From the NCBI RefSeq assembly GCF_009914755.1, contig NC_060948.1: a stretch of 64,000 bases of DNA, one strand, 5' to 3'. A model generated the notes under the pieces. The model saw only the letters and a program-made list of their open reading frames with translations. It ran no database searches and was not told the origin of the DNA. Every line of letters starts with the position of its first letter. The stretch's first letter is position 1. Of this stretch, positions 61,380 through 64,000 are shown one piece after another. A program made the translations under genes and the position numbers. Origin of the DNA: the human T2T-CHM13v2.0 reference genome, Homo sapiens.

Positions 61380-63484
61380 AGATCCATATTTTTTAAATGA
61401 AAAAAAAATTCAAAGGTACTCTGCTTGGTACAATAATCAAATGTATAAACTGAGGAATAAAGCATAACCATGAAACCTACTTATAATTGCATATGGAAAA
61501 TACAGAGGATAATTTTTTAAATAACATATTTTGAAAGCCTTAACTAGTAATTTGAAGAGTTGGCATTTGAAAGGCCAGTATGAATATACCTTCAAAGCAG
61601 CAACACAGGTTCCCCATGAGAAAAAGCAAACACAGGGAAAATAAAAACACAAAGGTTCAATCTCTTCTGACCTTTGAAAGACACAGCACAGACAGTGGTC
61701 CTTAGGACGAAGAGCAGGAGACCAATAATTCCGTCACCATGGCGATAGGGCATAAACATTGCTGGGTGAGGGCACAATCCACATTGTGATGTCCAACTGC
61801 TGCCAGGAAGACAGGAGTGCTTTTACATAGACCGAAAGGTCATTGAAGGCTCAGAGTTTTGTTTCAAGAACTGAATCCCAAGCCCACACGTTATTAGGCT
61901 GCGCTTCTTAAAACAAGTTATGAGATGGGAAAAAGGGCACCCACAAACATACGTATACATTATGTATATAATAATATACAGTATCATATATATAATATAT
62001 ATAACCTATGTATAATATTGTTTTACATCCTGCATCTTATGTTATATATATTTTATAAAATATAATAATTGATAATATATAAGTTTTATAATTATACAAT
62101 ATGACATACAGTATATATTATAATTTATGACATATATAATATATGTTATATATCATATATAGAATATATTATACGGATAATATACGTATTAAATATAAAT
62201 TATACATTATATATATTATATATAATATATCTGTTATATATAATACCCATTATGCATAATATATATATTATGTCTATGTTATATATAGTATAAAACAACA
62301 TATAATAATATATAATTGTATATATAAAATGCGACATATAATATATATTATATTTTATAACATATGTAATATATATTATATATTATATATAATACGTTGT
62401 ATGTATAATACCTATATTAAATATATATTATATGACTATGTTATTAATTACATGTCACATGTGTTATATATTATATATATTACATAGAATATACCGGTTA
62501 CATACAATATATACTAAGTTACCTATAATGTATAATTTATTACATGTAAAATAAAGAATGCAATATATTATGTATAATTTATAATATACAATATGTGGAA
62601 TGTGATATATATAACATATAATATATGATATATGATATACAGTATATGATATATAACATACAATATATGATTCCTAATATATATGGTATACAATATATAT
62701 TTTATGATATGTATTCTATATGTTTTATATTCTGTTATATATAACTATTTGAAATTATATATAACTGTATAATATTTTATGTAAATATGTAATATAATAT
62801 ATATAACTATATAATATATTATATATAACTATATATTATGTTATATATACTTTTATAACATAATTTACATAAAATATCATAATATAATATATATTATATT
62901 ATTTCATATTACATAATATATATTACATATCACCCAATATAACTAACATACATAATATTATAATATAGATTATATTGTGTTATATTAAATATCATATATA
63001 TCATGTATCATATATTCTATAATATATATTACACATTATATAATATGTATGTTGTCTATTATGTGATATATATAACTCTATATATAATTATATTTTTATA
63101 CATATAACTAGATAAACATGTAATTCTACATATTTTCATTTATAATATGTAGAATTATATAATCATATATAATTATTTATATTCTATAAAAAATTTTATC
63201 ATTATATAAATTATAATATATAAAAATTATAATATGTACTACAAATATATATATTATATATCATATATGATATAGTACCTTTGTTATATATCATAATACA
63301 TATAAATGTGTATTATGTTATCTATAATTATATAATTTCATATATAAGATGTATAATATGTATCATATATTACATATGTTATGTAATATATATAGTATAT
63401 ATAAGATGACACAGGATAAATATTATATACTATGACATATAAAATATATGAGGTTATATGTTACATATAAGGCATAGCACATAA

Positions 63485-63799
<315 letters not shown>

Positions 63800-64000
63800 A
63801 GATCCATATTTTTTAAATGAAAAAAAATTTCAAAGGTACTCTGCTTGGTACAATAATCAAATGTATAAACTGAGGAATAAAACATAACCATGAAACCTAC
63901 TTATAACTGCATATGGAAAATACAGAGGATAATTTTTTAAATAACATATTTTGAAAGCCTTAACTAGTAATTTGAAGAGTTGGCATTTGAAAGGCCAGTA

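Overview
The whole window is one uninterrupted head-to-tail tandem array of a ~2,420-bp primate satellite unit (~26.4 units, 27 Alu copies, all in the same orientation). Each unit has three parts: a ~290-bp minus-strand Alu lacking its extreme 5' end, a ~570-bp HSATI-like segment, and ~1.55 kb of AT-rich degenerate microsatellite. This is the known architecture of human DYZ2/HSat1B. It is most likely Yq12 heterochromatin, although acrocentric short-arm HSat1B cannot be excluded from sequence alone. I see no credible protein-coding gene, RNA gene or new enzymatic system: the listed ORFs are recurring chance frames of the repeat. The informative signal is the variation between units. It shows a 4,840-bp dimeric higher-order repeat in three copies, serial single-unit duplications with staggered breakpoints, a homogenised central block with more divergent flanks, and patchy haplotype mosaics that suggest gene conversion. 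Units are called U1-U27 by their Alu, and 'tail' means the AT-rich part after that unit's HSATI segment. All variant calls were read by eye.
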